Assembly: GCA_964057225.1 (NCBI GenBank)
Contig: OZ059898.1
Coordinates: forward strand, 6,696,001-6,760,000
Length of the DNA stretch: 64,000 nt
Origin: Auanema rhodensis
Lineage: Eukaryota; Animalia; Nematoda
Direction of reading: 5' to 3'
Shown here: positions 12,947 to 25,141 of the stretch, piece by piece
How the letters are laid out: every line of letters begins with the position of its first letter
How positions within the stretch are numbered: the stretch's first letter is position 1
Made by a program: the position numbers and the translations under genes
The notes under the pieces: model-generated
The model's database searches: none
What the model was told of the DNA's origin: nothing
What the model saw: the letters and a program-made list of their open reading frames with translations, nothing else

Positions 12947-14985
12947 ATGTTTTTATTATCGCCAGAATGTGTTAAACAGGTTAATTTTGTTAAGATGCAA
13001 ATTTATTTATCTTGATTTTAAAGGAAAACAATGAATGTTCTTTGGCAGAATATAACATTGAACGGAAGCCTATTGAGGGAAATGTGGTTTAATGCAAATT
13101 TTGTTTTTCTCTTTTTCATTAATTTGTTTAGACGTTGTTGCCAGTACAATCACTCTCAAATACTTCTATTCTTGGTATGTGTTTCTCGAATTTCATTCAT
13201 GACATGGTAATATATGGGTATAATATATATGTACAGATAGCAAAGAAAGTGCTAATTTTACCCTGGACGAATCAAAATGTGATTTATTAGACGTTTTAAG
13301 CAAGATTGATAATGCTTATGGGGTAAGCTAAGTTCTTGTAAAATTAAAGTTCATTTTTTCCTTCAGCTATCGATTTACGAAATTTCCGAATTTCGCAATT
13401 TACTATTGAAAAAAATGACAATTCGTGAATTGAAATCACTTTTTGCTATCGTTGAAGGAACATCGGATCAGGTAGTAAGTTGCCTTGTTACATTTAGGTT
13501 TATACATGTTTATTTAGGAAATCAATGTTACTAGCGTAATAAAAAAGAAGAGAAGGATGTCTCAACCAATTCGCAGTAAGTTCATATGGATTAGTTAACT
13601 ATTGGCTTTTAAATACCTAGCCCCGAAAAAGAAATTGAACAAAAAAAATAGATATCTGCCTTTAGTTCAAGCAAGAGAAACAGAAATGTTCTCTTTTGGA
13701 AGTCTTTTGATCGGACATTTTAAGGTATTTTTCATTTTTGAAACTTCAAAACAGTTATTGGTTTTAGTGTGTACCAATATATCCCATTAGTAATTCATTA
13801 ACTATTTGTCATCGAACTTCAAAAATGTTTTATGAAATCCATTATGCTATGGCTGGTGAATGGTATAAAACTATAATAAGTGTTGGAATAGAAAACATCG
13901 AATCGTTTTCGAGAAGTGGACCTTGTTTTATTTTGAAGGTATCCATGATTTTTATTCTGGACTATACCTATACCTATAGTTGTCCTGTGTTGCTTCTGTT
14001 GAGGGATCATACAGAAGTGGACACCCCTATTTTCCGGATATAGCATGGAAGGAAATACAGTCATCACGTGTTCATCAGTTGGAGTTTACGTATGTTAATT
14101 CATACAGTTTCTGTTCTTTTATGATTACTCCAGTGATTCTGCGCATATCTATGGAATGGAAGCTGTTCTGAACAGAATTATAGTTTCTAATAGAAATATC
14201 CAACCAGTTGGTTTTAATAACCTGTTTATTTCAATACCAAATTTTCAGCCTTCTCTGAGCAGTTCTATGGAGGGATCTATAGTTTCAAAAAGTTTTCTTC
14301 ATTATAATTCTAGATTCAACTTTTGTTTTAGTTTCCGAACTAGTGTCGAAATCCAGCGATGAAGCATGCTCTTCAGCATCTTCTACTCAAACAACTGCTA
14401 CAATGTAAAATATTTTATCATGTTAATATAATTTTTTTTTCACAGGAATTCTATGGCTAATTTGGAAGCTTTACAAGTACCAAACTTTACTCAAAATCAG
14501 GTAAATAACATTTCTTTATAAGTTAGTTTTTACTATTGATTGTTGTTAAATTAGATATGGGATAACTCATTTTCCGGAAGATCTTTGGCTCTCCACTACG
14601 CGTCCTCTTACCGAGTAAGAAAAGCTTTGGTTTTTTTAATATAAATTCACTTTTTCACAGGATATGAATGTTTCTCAACTGTTTCAGGATACTCGGGAAC
14701 CAGATATGAGTTATTATGTATGTTTCATTATTTTGCTACCGAATCATTCATTCTTTTCAGAATATTACTCCTGTTTTCAATAATTACACGCAAGATTCAA
14801 ATTATTGTAATTCTTTGAATTCAGTTGCAACATCGGACTCCCAATATATTCTTAATTCACTGCAAGGTTCTGAAAACAGTTTTTTTAACTTATTGCTTTC
14901 TATTTCAGGTAATAATATATATCTTTCTGATCCGTTTGTACCATACATTAGCCAAACATTTAATTCGTTTGACAGTACAGAATAA
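12947..14985 (+). CDS. Uncharacterised, probably nuclear protein (basic NLS-like motifs, central PH-like domain, Ser/Asn-rich C-terminus), about 16-17 exons
   Basis: ATG 3 nt after a TTTACAG acceptor. Exons chain in consistent phase from MFLLSPECVKQ through VIKKKRRMSQPIR|TPKKKLNKKNRY...MFSFGSLLIGHFK|CVPIYPISNSLTICHRTSKMFYEIHY...SSRVHQLEFT to SFDSTE, stop at 14985. Confidence 0.8.
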
Positions 14986-15984
14986 AATTTCTGTACCATG
15001 ATCAACGAGAAACTCAAGATCTTAACACTACTATCCTAATAGTATTTTTTCTGTAAATTATCAGTTTTATATAATCCTTTCCTCTGTTTCCTGTAAATTT
15101 TATGTTTTATAATGATCACTTTTATATAATTTCTGTTTCCGGACTTTATGTTGTTTAAATTATGACCCAAAGTTTCACCTGTTGGCATGTCATGTTCTTT
15201 TTTATCTGTTACTGCTCTGTTGCCGGTTCATATGAGCAGTATTCCATTTGAATAAATGCGAGTCTGCGTGCTATGTTTGTAATCAAAGTTTTTGACTGAA
15301 TCGTGTAGGCCTGGTCTCGGGGTCGTTAGTTTAAAAAAATTGTTGTCTCGACTTTATGTTTGATTTTACTTTTTGAATGAAAGTTTGCTTGTGTTCATGT
15401 GTTATGTTTTCTGTGTATTCATTCTACATGCTTTTTACATATTATTTTCAATTTATTCACATAATTTAAGCATATAATCTCGAAAATTCATAAATTCTGA
15501 GGTCAAGAAACATCGTTTGTTTGGAAAAAATAACATCCAAATGTCGTACAGAGTGCGTCAATTCTATTTATCTCACAATGCGAAACAAAAAAAGAAAATG
15601 AGTTAAAATATATTTCTCAAAAAAATAAGTTTATTATCGGAAAATGGAAAGCTAATTTCTGGAGATTCTTAAAAGAATTGTGATGTCATAGTATTTATTT
15701 TCTAGAAGGTTAATTGAAGTTTGACTTTGTGCAGTAAACCGAATATGTAGTGAATATTACACAGATAATCATGGATCACAATTTTGGAAAAATTACTGAA
15801 TTAGAGATATCTTTGGGGCATTTCATATTATAATTATATAATAACAAATTGTTTTTATGTATAATATATATATATATATCACCAAATAGGTTTTGTTTAG
15901 CCTACACAATTAGACTAGTGCATAAGCCTAAACCCTTTTTTTGATTGCAATTGTTGAAACAATCACCTAGCTCTAACTAACTCG

Positions 15985-16332
15985 TTAAACGGAATATAAA
16001 AATATTTCCGAATTTATTTGATATTTCTGGGGAAGTGGTTGACCATCAGGTCCTCGTTCCCCAGTAGAAGGCGGAATTACAATATGTTGTGGTATAGTTA
16101 TACCTCCACTCATCGGGAAAGCATTTGGATCTGTGAGATTGCTGTCAATCGTTGTTTCTTTTCTAAAAATTCGATTATTAGCAATAGCGCATAACGAAAA
16201 ACTACTTACGTTTTATCTAATGTATCGTCTACGGCAGATTGTTTGTCCTCCCGATGCCGTCTTCTACGAACAGATCTGTCATCATCGTCTGGTCGGTCTC
16301 TATCTCTGTCCCTGTCCCGATCTCGTTCACGA

Positions 16333-16385
<53 letters not shown>

Positions 16386-19300
16386 ATCACGGTCTTTTTT
16401 GCACCGTTTTCGATCATCTCTGTCTCTATCATAGTTCCTATTTCGATCCCGATCTCTGTCGCGATGATGTCGTGAATGTTCACTTCGTGGTCTACAATAA
16501 CATTTATTCTGAATTATATTTGTTTTTCAAGTTACCTATCACTTCGATGATGACGATGATCTGTAGTTGCGGTAAATTCAGATTCTGAATATCGTGATTT
16601 ACTACGATGACGTCGACGACTTCCGTCTCGATGATAGTGTGATCGATCTGTAAAATAATTTTGAATTCAATATTATTCATCGAACTAACCATCTTTTCTA
16701 TGAGCTCTTGAATCTGAATCTGAAGAATAGTCAGATGAATTATAGTTTCGATTTCGTGATTTTCGTCTTCGAGATGAGCTTCTAAACCATAAATTATTGT
16801 AGGGTTTCATCTTACTAATAGGATATACCTGTGATTTTTGCTATGACGACAATCTTTATGAGAAACTAAAGTTCCATCATAAATTGATGGTACAGAACGA
16901 GAATGCTAGAATAGGTATGTTTTCAAACGCTTTGTTTAACTAAGCTTACTTGAATCGGGAAAGATCCATGAGCAACATCCCTGCTTGGTGATACTGGCTC
17001 ACTGTTAACTTCACCCTTTTCAGAAGCTATTTTTTGTTGAACTTTCACCCAGTTTGAGACAGGATTGTCATCCTCGGGTGGTAAATATAATCCAGTAGCT
17101 CCGGATTTCGGCCTTCTTGGTTCCTTGTTATAACTCATAAGCTATAATCAAGATTTATATATATATATATATATATATTATCAAAGCCAGAGCTGTTACC
17201 TCGTTCACATCCGTTGGATAAGGAGGTGGTATCGGCAACGGTGTCATGGGAACCCCTTGTGGTGAATATGGTGATATATATGGCTGATGAATTGCTGAAA
17301 CAGAATATTTTTCTTCATTGTTTTGAAAGGAATGACTTACGAGCTTGATAATTAGGATAAGGACTTTTTGATCCTCGATGTAATCCGTCATCTGTAATTG
17401 TTGATTAATTAGCAAAAAGTAGGCACACAGCAGTTTCATTCAGTTGAGTTAGCATGATGTTATTCGAATTCAAACTCAATTAAAAATTTAAATATTACCA
17501 TAAGAATCCAGAAGATCACGTCTACTTGAATATCCATTGCGTGTGTATCGTATATTCCTTGATTTGCCTTCGACAACATCAGTGGTAGCAGTGATGCGTC
17601 GATAGTACATCATTACCACTACGACGCAATATATCTAAATAAACATATAAACAATTCTTTTTTCTGATAAATATTGATCTTACATTGATAAAAACTCCAA
17701 TAATTTCTAAAATAGTTAGAGCCATCCAATAGTCGCGTACATCTCCTGCCCACCACATAATACAATATGCTAAGGAGCATAATATTGTTGAGATCATACA
17801 AGGAAACCATGGCCACACTAAGTATCGTGACCACTAAATTTTAAAATTTTTATTAAAAATTGTGAAATTCAAAACAAACTAACCGTGTGAACTCCATAAA
17901 TCATAGCTATAGAGGCAAATAGTAGAAAGAAGGCTGATATTAAACATAATACTTGAATAACAAATAGACCTAAATTGCTGTTTTTTAATTTCATAATTTC
18001 ATTTTTAATTTCGAATTCATTTTTTTAGAAGCTTTATGGTATCTCGTAAGTTTAGTATTATATTCTTTATTGAACCCGGTGATCTATGCTTGGTAAGGAA
18101 TGTAAGTCTACCTTATTCTCTCTCGTTTCATCTTTAGAGAAATATTGAAAGGACGAACGTGTGACGGGAAGAGAGAGAGAGAGAGAGAGATGGAAGGGGG
18201 GGAGAGAGAGAGATAGACTACAGTATTTACTCAAGCTGTCAGTAATATATGCAAGCATGAGTGTTAGCTTTACTACCCGACATATGCTCATATACGTAAT
18301 ATTTGAATTTCGTATGAAAATTAATTGTAGTTCTTTACAAATTATTCTTATACTTAACAACATCATAGCTCACATTTCTTATAAAAAAAGTTGATGATTG
18401 TCATCCATTTCATTCAATTTTCAATTAAACATGCTGTACGTATCTTCATGCTTAAATGAAAATTTCTTCTTAATCATATAAACATATTAAGAAATTATTT
18501 CGAAGATGAAAATTTCGTAAAAATAGGATTGAATTGGCCTCATGCGTATAACAACAGTTTTCACACTTTCTCAAAATGTAATGTTTACCAAATAGCCTTA
18601 GAGGGAAATCTTTCTACATACATGGGAGTGTCCTTGGCATAACAAATATAAGAAATGATTATATATATAAGCACAAGATAGAACTGGATATATTCATGGA
18701 TATATGTGAATTTTATGTAAAAATGAGTTGTTTCTCTCCCAAATCAATCTTACCTGTATAGTAACGCTCTTCGGGACTTTGCCAGTATGATTCATAATAC
18801 GATGGTATATCATATCGACCATAAGTATTGTAGTTAGGAAGAAGGGTATTAGCAGCTCGATCTCTTTCATATTTGATAGCTGCCATTTGCCAGCCCATAA
18901 TGCCGAGCTGTGCAATACAGAACACCTGAATATTCACGTGAAGTTTCCGTGATTTCACAAAAAAAGTAGAAGATGTGAGCTATTTGCTTGTTCTTCATTC
19001 AATGATTCATTGAACATGTTCGATCAAGCGAGCTTATATGCAACTTTATACACGATAGAGCCGTACTAGTCACCCTTGGGGAAGTCTCAAACCTTATTAG
19101 ATGCTTGCTGACAAAAAAAGTAATTTGAATAAACGAGATACATATGCTTCGTTTTTTAATTATATTAATTTTGATATAGAAAAAATGTTTTTACTATACA
19201 AACTTGCCTTCGATTATTCTGGATGTTCGTGCTGTGGATGCACCAACACACGGACAGTCCCATTCACACTGTAGGTTGGCTTGTGCCATCGTTACAGAAC

Positions 19301-19802
19301 GACAGTGATTCAGAACACCAGTCTGCCATCCGAATAGGAAAAGTGAGGCTATGGAGTAGACCTGCAGACAGTCGTTTCTCGTGGTTTTAACAAAATTTTG
19401 ATTTGAATTTTGCTGTTAATGGTTAAGAAATCAAAAAAATTTAAGTATAGAATTCACATTAGAGTACACGCGTCCGGTCAGGCATTCACGCATACCCGAT
19501 TGTACTCTATGATAAGTTTATTTGTAAAGCAATATAAGACTACTTGCGAAAAAATAGCCACTGTTGGCCATATCATTCATTCAATTCACTTCTCAATACT
19601 TAATTTTAAAAGTTTTAAAAATTGAAGCATATGTTGCACAGCTTCTGGGCATTTGTGATTTGCTGCACGGCTCTAACGTGTTGAAGTCTCTTTGTGCTCT
19701 CTTTGAAACTAACTAATATCAAAATGAACTTACCACAGTCCATATTCCAATGGAAACGGCGCTATCTTTAAGACTAAAACAACAACACGGGTTGCAACCC
19801 AT
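15985..19802 (-). CDS. Four-transmembrane protein (LAPTM/tetraspan-like layout) with long Pro-rich then Arg/Asp/Ser-rich cytoplasmic tail; alternative exon 2
   Basis: Exon 1 (19802-19734) MGCNPCCCFSLKDSAVSIGIWTV; exon 2a or 2b; then GLFVIQVLCLISAFFLLFASIAMIYGVHT|WSRYLVWPWFPCMISTILCSLAYCIMWWAGDVRDYWMALTILEIIGVFIN|IYCVVVVMMYYRR..., PPPY, SR/RD repeats, ending QKYQINSEIFLYSV with stop at 15987-15985. All junction phases checked and consistent. Confidence 0.85.
16333..16385 (-). repeat. Coding hexanucleotide repeat (TCTCGG)n, about 8 copies, encoding Arg-Asp repeats on the minus strand
   Basis: Visible directly; lies inside an exon of the four-TM gene. Confidence 0.9.
18754..18925 (-). other. 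Alternative exon 2b (172 nt, phase 0 to 1)
   Basis: attcag|GTG...ACAG|gtaaga; open frame VFCIAQLGIMGWQMAAIKYERDRAANTLLPNYNTYGRYDIPSYYESYWQSPEERYYT(G). Confidence 0.85.
19208..19361 (-). other. Alternative exon 2a (154 nt, phase 0 to 1, GC donor)
   Basis: ctgcag|GTC...GAAG|gcaagt; open frame VYSIASLFLFGWQTGVLNHCRSVTMAQANLQCEWDCPCVGASTARTSRIIE(G). Confidence 0.8.
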
Positions 19803-22800
19803 GCTTATAAATATGAGAAGCTGATTATGCTATATCAAGTTGATAATTAGCCTGGTGAAGCTTTCCAGTACATAGTAAAATGAATAATAGATGAATAAAG
19901 CTCACAGAAGAACTGTGTCTGAAATAAGAAATAAAGAAAATTATTGTTTAAATCATTATTTGAATATAGAATATGAAAATTACAAGACAATTAAAGATGA
20001 ATGTATAGTGAAAAGAGAAGAAGAACGGCCTATGTATTATAAGTTGAGCAAAATAATAATACTGAGATGCTTCTAGTTTCAACGGTCCGACTTCGGAATA
20101 ACAATCAATAAAGCAAACAGGACGAATCAACTGGAATGAATCATGAAAGACGGGGGTGTAGTCAGGATAGTATCTGGACGAAGAAAGACAGGAGGAATAG
20201 ACGAAGAGGGCAATTGAAAGAGAGAGGGGGGAAGAGTTTGAAGCTGATAACAATATGCTGATACAGAACGGAACGTGTTGCCTAAATAATAGATTTTTCG
20301 AATGGTCCCATGACGACAAAAATGTTTGTAAAGAAGCTCTATACTTGAACTAAGAAGTGAACAAATTCCTAACAGTGATGTATGAATGAAGGACATGAGA
20401 TAGGTTAGAAAACAGTGGGCAATTGAATGACTTCTTTTGATTCTTTCACTTCAAATCTCTTGAAACAATTGTGCTAGCACTGGAAGGATGATATATGAAA
20501 TATATATGAGAAGGTTCGTTTATCTATTAGCTGACGTAAGACTTGCTACAACTATCTACAACGTTTTGATGACGAGGTTTTGTATATTATTCATATTTGT
20601 ATATAGAGAGATGATCGACGAAGGTAGAAAGCATTGCGCGAAGCCTTAGGGAAAAGGAGAAGAGATGGGAGAATAAACGTTCTAGATCAGAGGTGAAGGG
20701 GAGGAGAGTATATGAGATAGAGGCTGGCTGAACTGCACCACCAATTGTACTCAGCATATTCTGTATACGAATGTTGATGTGGGAGCAGACAGGAGAATGC
20801 AAGCTGAAGGGCTAATGATGAGAGAAAGAGAAATATGAAAGAGTAGCCTCAGGGAAAGCGAAACGTTGGATAGCATATGCAGAAAGAAAAGAACGACCAG
20901 CTATGATCAGAAGGTGGACAGTAAACAAGCAACAACGAATTCTGAAACCGAGGGGGGGGGGATCAGAGGACACTTCTTATGTTTCTGCCGGTTAAACATT
21001 GCAGAGGACAAATGCAAAGATGAATTTTCGTTCGAGTGTTTTGAAAATGAACTTCTGAAATAATACTTAGAATAATATCTTTTTTTTACTAAAATAAACA
21101 GTAAAACATTGTTTATTTCTTAAACAAAATAGGTTTTAAGCAGGTTGATGCAGTGAAAGTAAAGATTTACTGATACAATATGTCAAAATGAAGATTTTGT
21201 ACTTAAATCAAATAATAATATTGAAAGAATAAATAATCCATGAGTCATGGATATATCAAAATTCTAGATACTATTCAAGCATTATGAAATCAGCTATACA
21301 GTTCTCCACTAATACTTTCCCACGTGTTCTTCATCACTGCTCTGAAGTTTTGTACGTAGGCGTTCTTCTGCATGATGTCAACAAAAGGTGACGAAGATGA
21401 GGAAAATTGATTTAACACAATCTCAGCACAGAAATCTGATTCATCTATTCATGCAAGAAGGTTGGTTATTACAAATGGAGACCGCATGTTGTATACAATT
21501 AAGAGCTTGCTTGCTGTCTGTCATCAAAGATATTCATCTGAAGAAATGGAGATACGCATATGGATGATTAGCAGTAGCTTAAGGTCAATTCAGCCGCCTT
21601 ATAATCCGTTGAAACACTTTCAGGAGTATTGTTTAACATTGATAAGGTGCAAGGATTAAGATGAAGGATTTGGAAAGATAAATAGAAAAGCAACCGTTCA
21701 CAATGAATGTTAAGAAATAAATATTAATTTTGATATTTCACGTGAATACGTGAATACGTGATATCACGGTAGTACTTATTAGAATATGGTGTTTACACAT
21801 TCAATAATAGATGTAATGTTTGTCTAATAAAAAAGATTTGTAATTAAAGAATGAAAAAACATTCATTTACTTTAAAAAGAAAAATAATTAAAACATGGCT
21901 ATGAAGATGTAATGATAACATTTCTTTTTTCATTTTGGATTATAAATGCTTGTATAAATTAATATAATATGAAATGTAATAGTATAATAATTAAAATCTT
22001 TATTATTATATAGTTAGTTAGTTAATCAACAAAATGGTTAGCTAATTCTGAATTGTTACATTCAGCTGACCCTATAGATGGAACGAAACGTAATATGCAA
22101 ATGAAGGTAAACAGTGTCTTGAACGAACAGAGGATAACCGCAGCTCGTACCTACGGGTATGAGAGAGATTATGGTAGGATAAAGAGAAATAAAGAAAAAG
22201 AGATAACTATTAGAGAGACTGAAAGACGTTACATCGAGAATAGAGTATGACAGTTAGATATAATGCTTATAACGGATATAAAGAGAAAAAGAGAGAATAA
22301 GAGAGAATAAGAGAGGAATAGTAAGGGAAATAAGCAAAAGAGAAAATATTGGTAAACCTGCTACATATAAGAGCTAGGAACTACCAGTCGTCTACTATTA
22401 AGGGATTACGGGCTAGGATTTCGAATGCAATAGCTATTGCGAATTGTTGGAAGCGGCTAAAGGAAGGAAAGGATTAAAAGCTGAGAACTATAGTTATATA
22501 GTTAGTAATTGTAATAATAATAATAAGATTTATATAAATGTTCTACAAGTTTTAAAATATAATTCGTGTTGATGTGGAATTTATGAATGAAAGACATAGC
22601 ATATGGAATGAGACATCAGTGGGTGTTGAAGAAGATGATTCAGAATATGATTTTCGATCAAAATTTTGAAATACACATTTGAATATGATTCAAATATTTT
22701 TTAATTTATTGATAATATTTTGAAAAAATAGTAGAAAAGTCACTTATGAAATAGAAAAATAGTGAAAATAAACGAATGATAGATATGTATATGCATCAAT

Positions 22801-23757
22801 AGATGATGGTATGATGTCTTGTATTATGATGGAAAGCCATAAATGGTTATGGTATGTGTTAGATATAATCGATTTGATTGTAAGTATTGTACAAATCAAA
22901 CAAATCAGAAAGTGTTATTGGATTGTTGTTATTCAAAAGATTTTCTTCTTCTTCTTCTTCATCGTTTTCTTTCAAATAAATTTTAAAAAAGAAAATAGAG
23001 GAATATATGAAAGCATTTGAGTTATTGAATTAACTAGAATATAACGAATGATGTATGGGACTTCATTGTCGTTTTAGACTAAATGATGATGACTGTCACT
23101 AAGCTTATTCGGAGATATTTGGATTCTATCACTCATTATTCAAATATTCTATAACATATATTTATATTTAAAAGTATAAATAGTTAAATCAAACTAAAAA
23201 AAGAAAGAAAGATAGTAAATGATTGAATAAGAGGAGATATCATGAGATATTTGTAATTTGAAATGTCAAAGTTCAAGAAGATAAATTAACAAATATTAAA
23301 ATATATTATTTTCTATTGTATATATATAATCTATAGTTTATATATAAAAATAGTTAATATTGACGATTAGGAGGACAATTCAATTTGATAAGCTTAGTTG
23401 GAAGATTACTTTCTTATTCTTATCAGCAGCATAAGCTCGTTAAAATTAGTTTGAAAAGGCTTGAAACTATTCAGTGAATTACAAATTACATTATTGAACA
23501 GTTCTTGTTTGAATAATTATCTTTTAATCATAAAAGATTTAAACAAATTTTAGTTTAAGCTATTCTATATACTATATACTATATAATATATAAATATTAA
23601 CAAGCTTGAGGATTTATAATACTCAGAATAAGAGAGAAAGAAGAGAATTTAAGAGGTAAAACGGATATAATGTAATTCAGGTGAAGGAAAATTTAATTGA
23701 GGCAAAATATATGTAGATTTGAATGATATAAAGAGCAGATTCAGCTGGTACTTCCTA

Positions 23758-23834
23758 AAGAGATAGATGGATAGATAGAGAGATAGAGAGATAGAGAGAG
23801 AGAGAGAGATAGAGAGATAGAGAGATAGAGAGAT

Positions 23835-23878
<44 letters not shown>
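23758..23878. repeat. Compound (GA)n/(GAGAGATA)n microsatellite
   Basis: About 120 bp polypurine tract, visible directly. Confidence 0.95.
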
Positions 23879-23880
<2 letters not shown>

Positions 23881-24129
23881 AGAAATAATTGGGATTGCTG
23901 AGCCTACTGAATAGTTATTAACACCAAAATGACCATTAACACGTAGTGTACACTAGTACTCGTTGCCCTGGGTGATAATCCTTTTTAACCCTTTGTATAG
24001 ACTTATTTCAATACTTGAAGAGTGTAAACATACATATATGTATATGTATAACAGAATAATATATAGAAATAAGGGTAAATAAGAATAAATTTTATTTTTA
24101 TTAAATGAAAAAAATAAAATTGTTTTTCA

Positions 24130-25141
24130 TTAATCTATAGGACAATCCATCATTGGAGCAGCTGTAGCAAGTGGAGTTAAGCTTTCAGATATTTTTTGTA
24201 CAATCATTATTATTGTTGTTATAACAGTAAATCCCAAACCTTAAATTATATATTAATTAAATATAATAGTTTATACCGTAATTTACCTTCTGTTAATTTG
24301 ACTGCTGTTGGAAATTGATTTCTAAGATCTTCTTTAGTCTCTGGCTCTAAGCCTTGGATTGCAAGCCCAAACTCTCTTATAAGCTAGAAATTCAATTCAA
24401 TTTATATGATTTTAGTTATAACTTTAGAATTACTTGAAGTTGTTGAGCTGCTGCTTCACCAGTTGATGTTGCAGAAAGATTGACAGCTTTATCACGCCAC
24501 TAAAATAACTTATTTAGTTATTAAAATATAATATATGCATATCTGACCATTCGTAACATTTCTTGAGTTTTAGGCTTTAACTTGTCAAATTTCTCATAGA
24601 AAGTAGCATTAAGCTTTTCAATTTTAGTTGCAACCTAAAGCAGTTATAACTTTTGATATCAGAATAGGATACAAGCTCACAGTTGGGAGATTGTCTTTAA
24701 TTAATTGAGCAACTTCTTCACGATTTGCAGGTTTTTTGATATTTCCTTGGAACCAATTGGTTAATAATGTAATAACTTCACCCTTTTCACCCCCAGTTAA
24801 CTATAATAATTCATAAATATTTTATATAATTTATAATATTGTTACACTTTCCAATGTTGTCATAAAATCTTTTGGTAACATATCTTAAAACATAAATAAA
24901 TATATAGTTATTTTTATAAAATTATATGATTACCTCTAAACATTTGAAGAAGAGAAACATATCCATCAAATTGTTCTTCTGTTAAACCTTAATATGTATG
25001 AAAAATAATATTTCTCCTATATTAATAATATAACAAACCATGTTGAATATTTTTCTTCACAATTGGCTCGTCAATAGTCGGATAAGCAAAATTCCAATTA
25101 ATTAATAAAAGAAAAAGAAAACATTGATGAATAGCTATCAT
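24130..25141 (-). CDS. Nematode fatty-acid and retinol-binding (FAR, Gp-FAR-1 family) protein, 8 exons
   Basis: Signal peptide MIAIHQCFLFLLLI. FAR-like helical motifs DMLPKDFMTTLESLTGGEKGEV, EEVAQLIKDNLPTVATKIEKL, EKFDKLKPKTQEML and LEPETKEDLRNQFP. Exon phases consistent; stop at 24132-24130. Confidence 0.8.

Noticed and set aside
15895-15935. TAAGCCTAA telomere-like word as a possible telomere-addition site
   Set aside because: Only about 1.5 units, in a probable 3' UTR; expected by chance.
16133-16588. ORFs with GL, SV, ET or SR dipeptide repeats
   Set aside because: Alternative frames and strands of the (TCTCGG)n repeat; the spliced gene uses the minus-strand RD frame.
21290-21375. Short minus-strand peptide (..FRAVMKNTWESISGEL) faintly like a Tc1/mariner transposase C-terminus
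   Set aside because: Too short, with no DDE motif or terminal inverted repeats visible.
22427-22440. 14-bp perfect palindrome GCAATAGCTATTGC
   Set aside because: Isolated, with no extended hairpin or second copy seen, so no function can be assigned.
19891-23020. Assorted 60-123 aa ORFs in the purine-rich region upstream of the four-TM gene
   Set aside because: Low-complexity translations with no chainable splice structure; more likely regulatory or UTR sequence.
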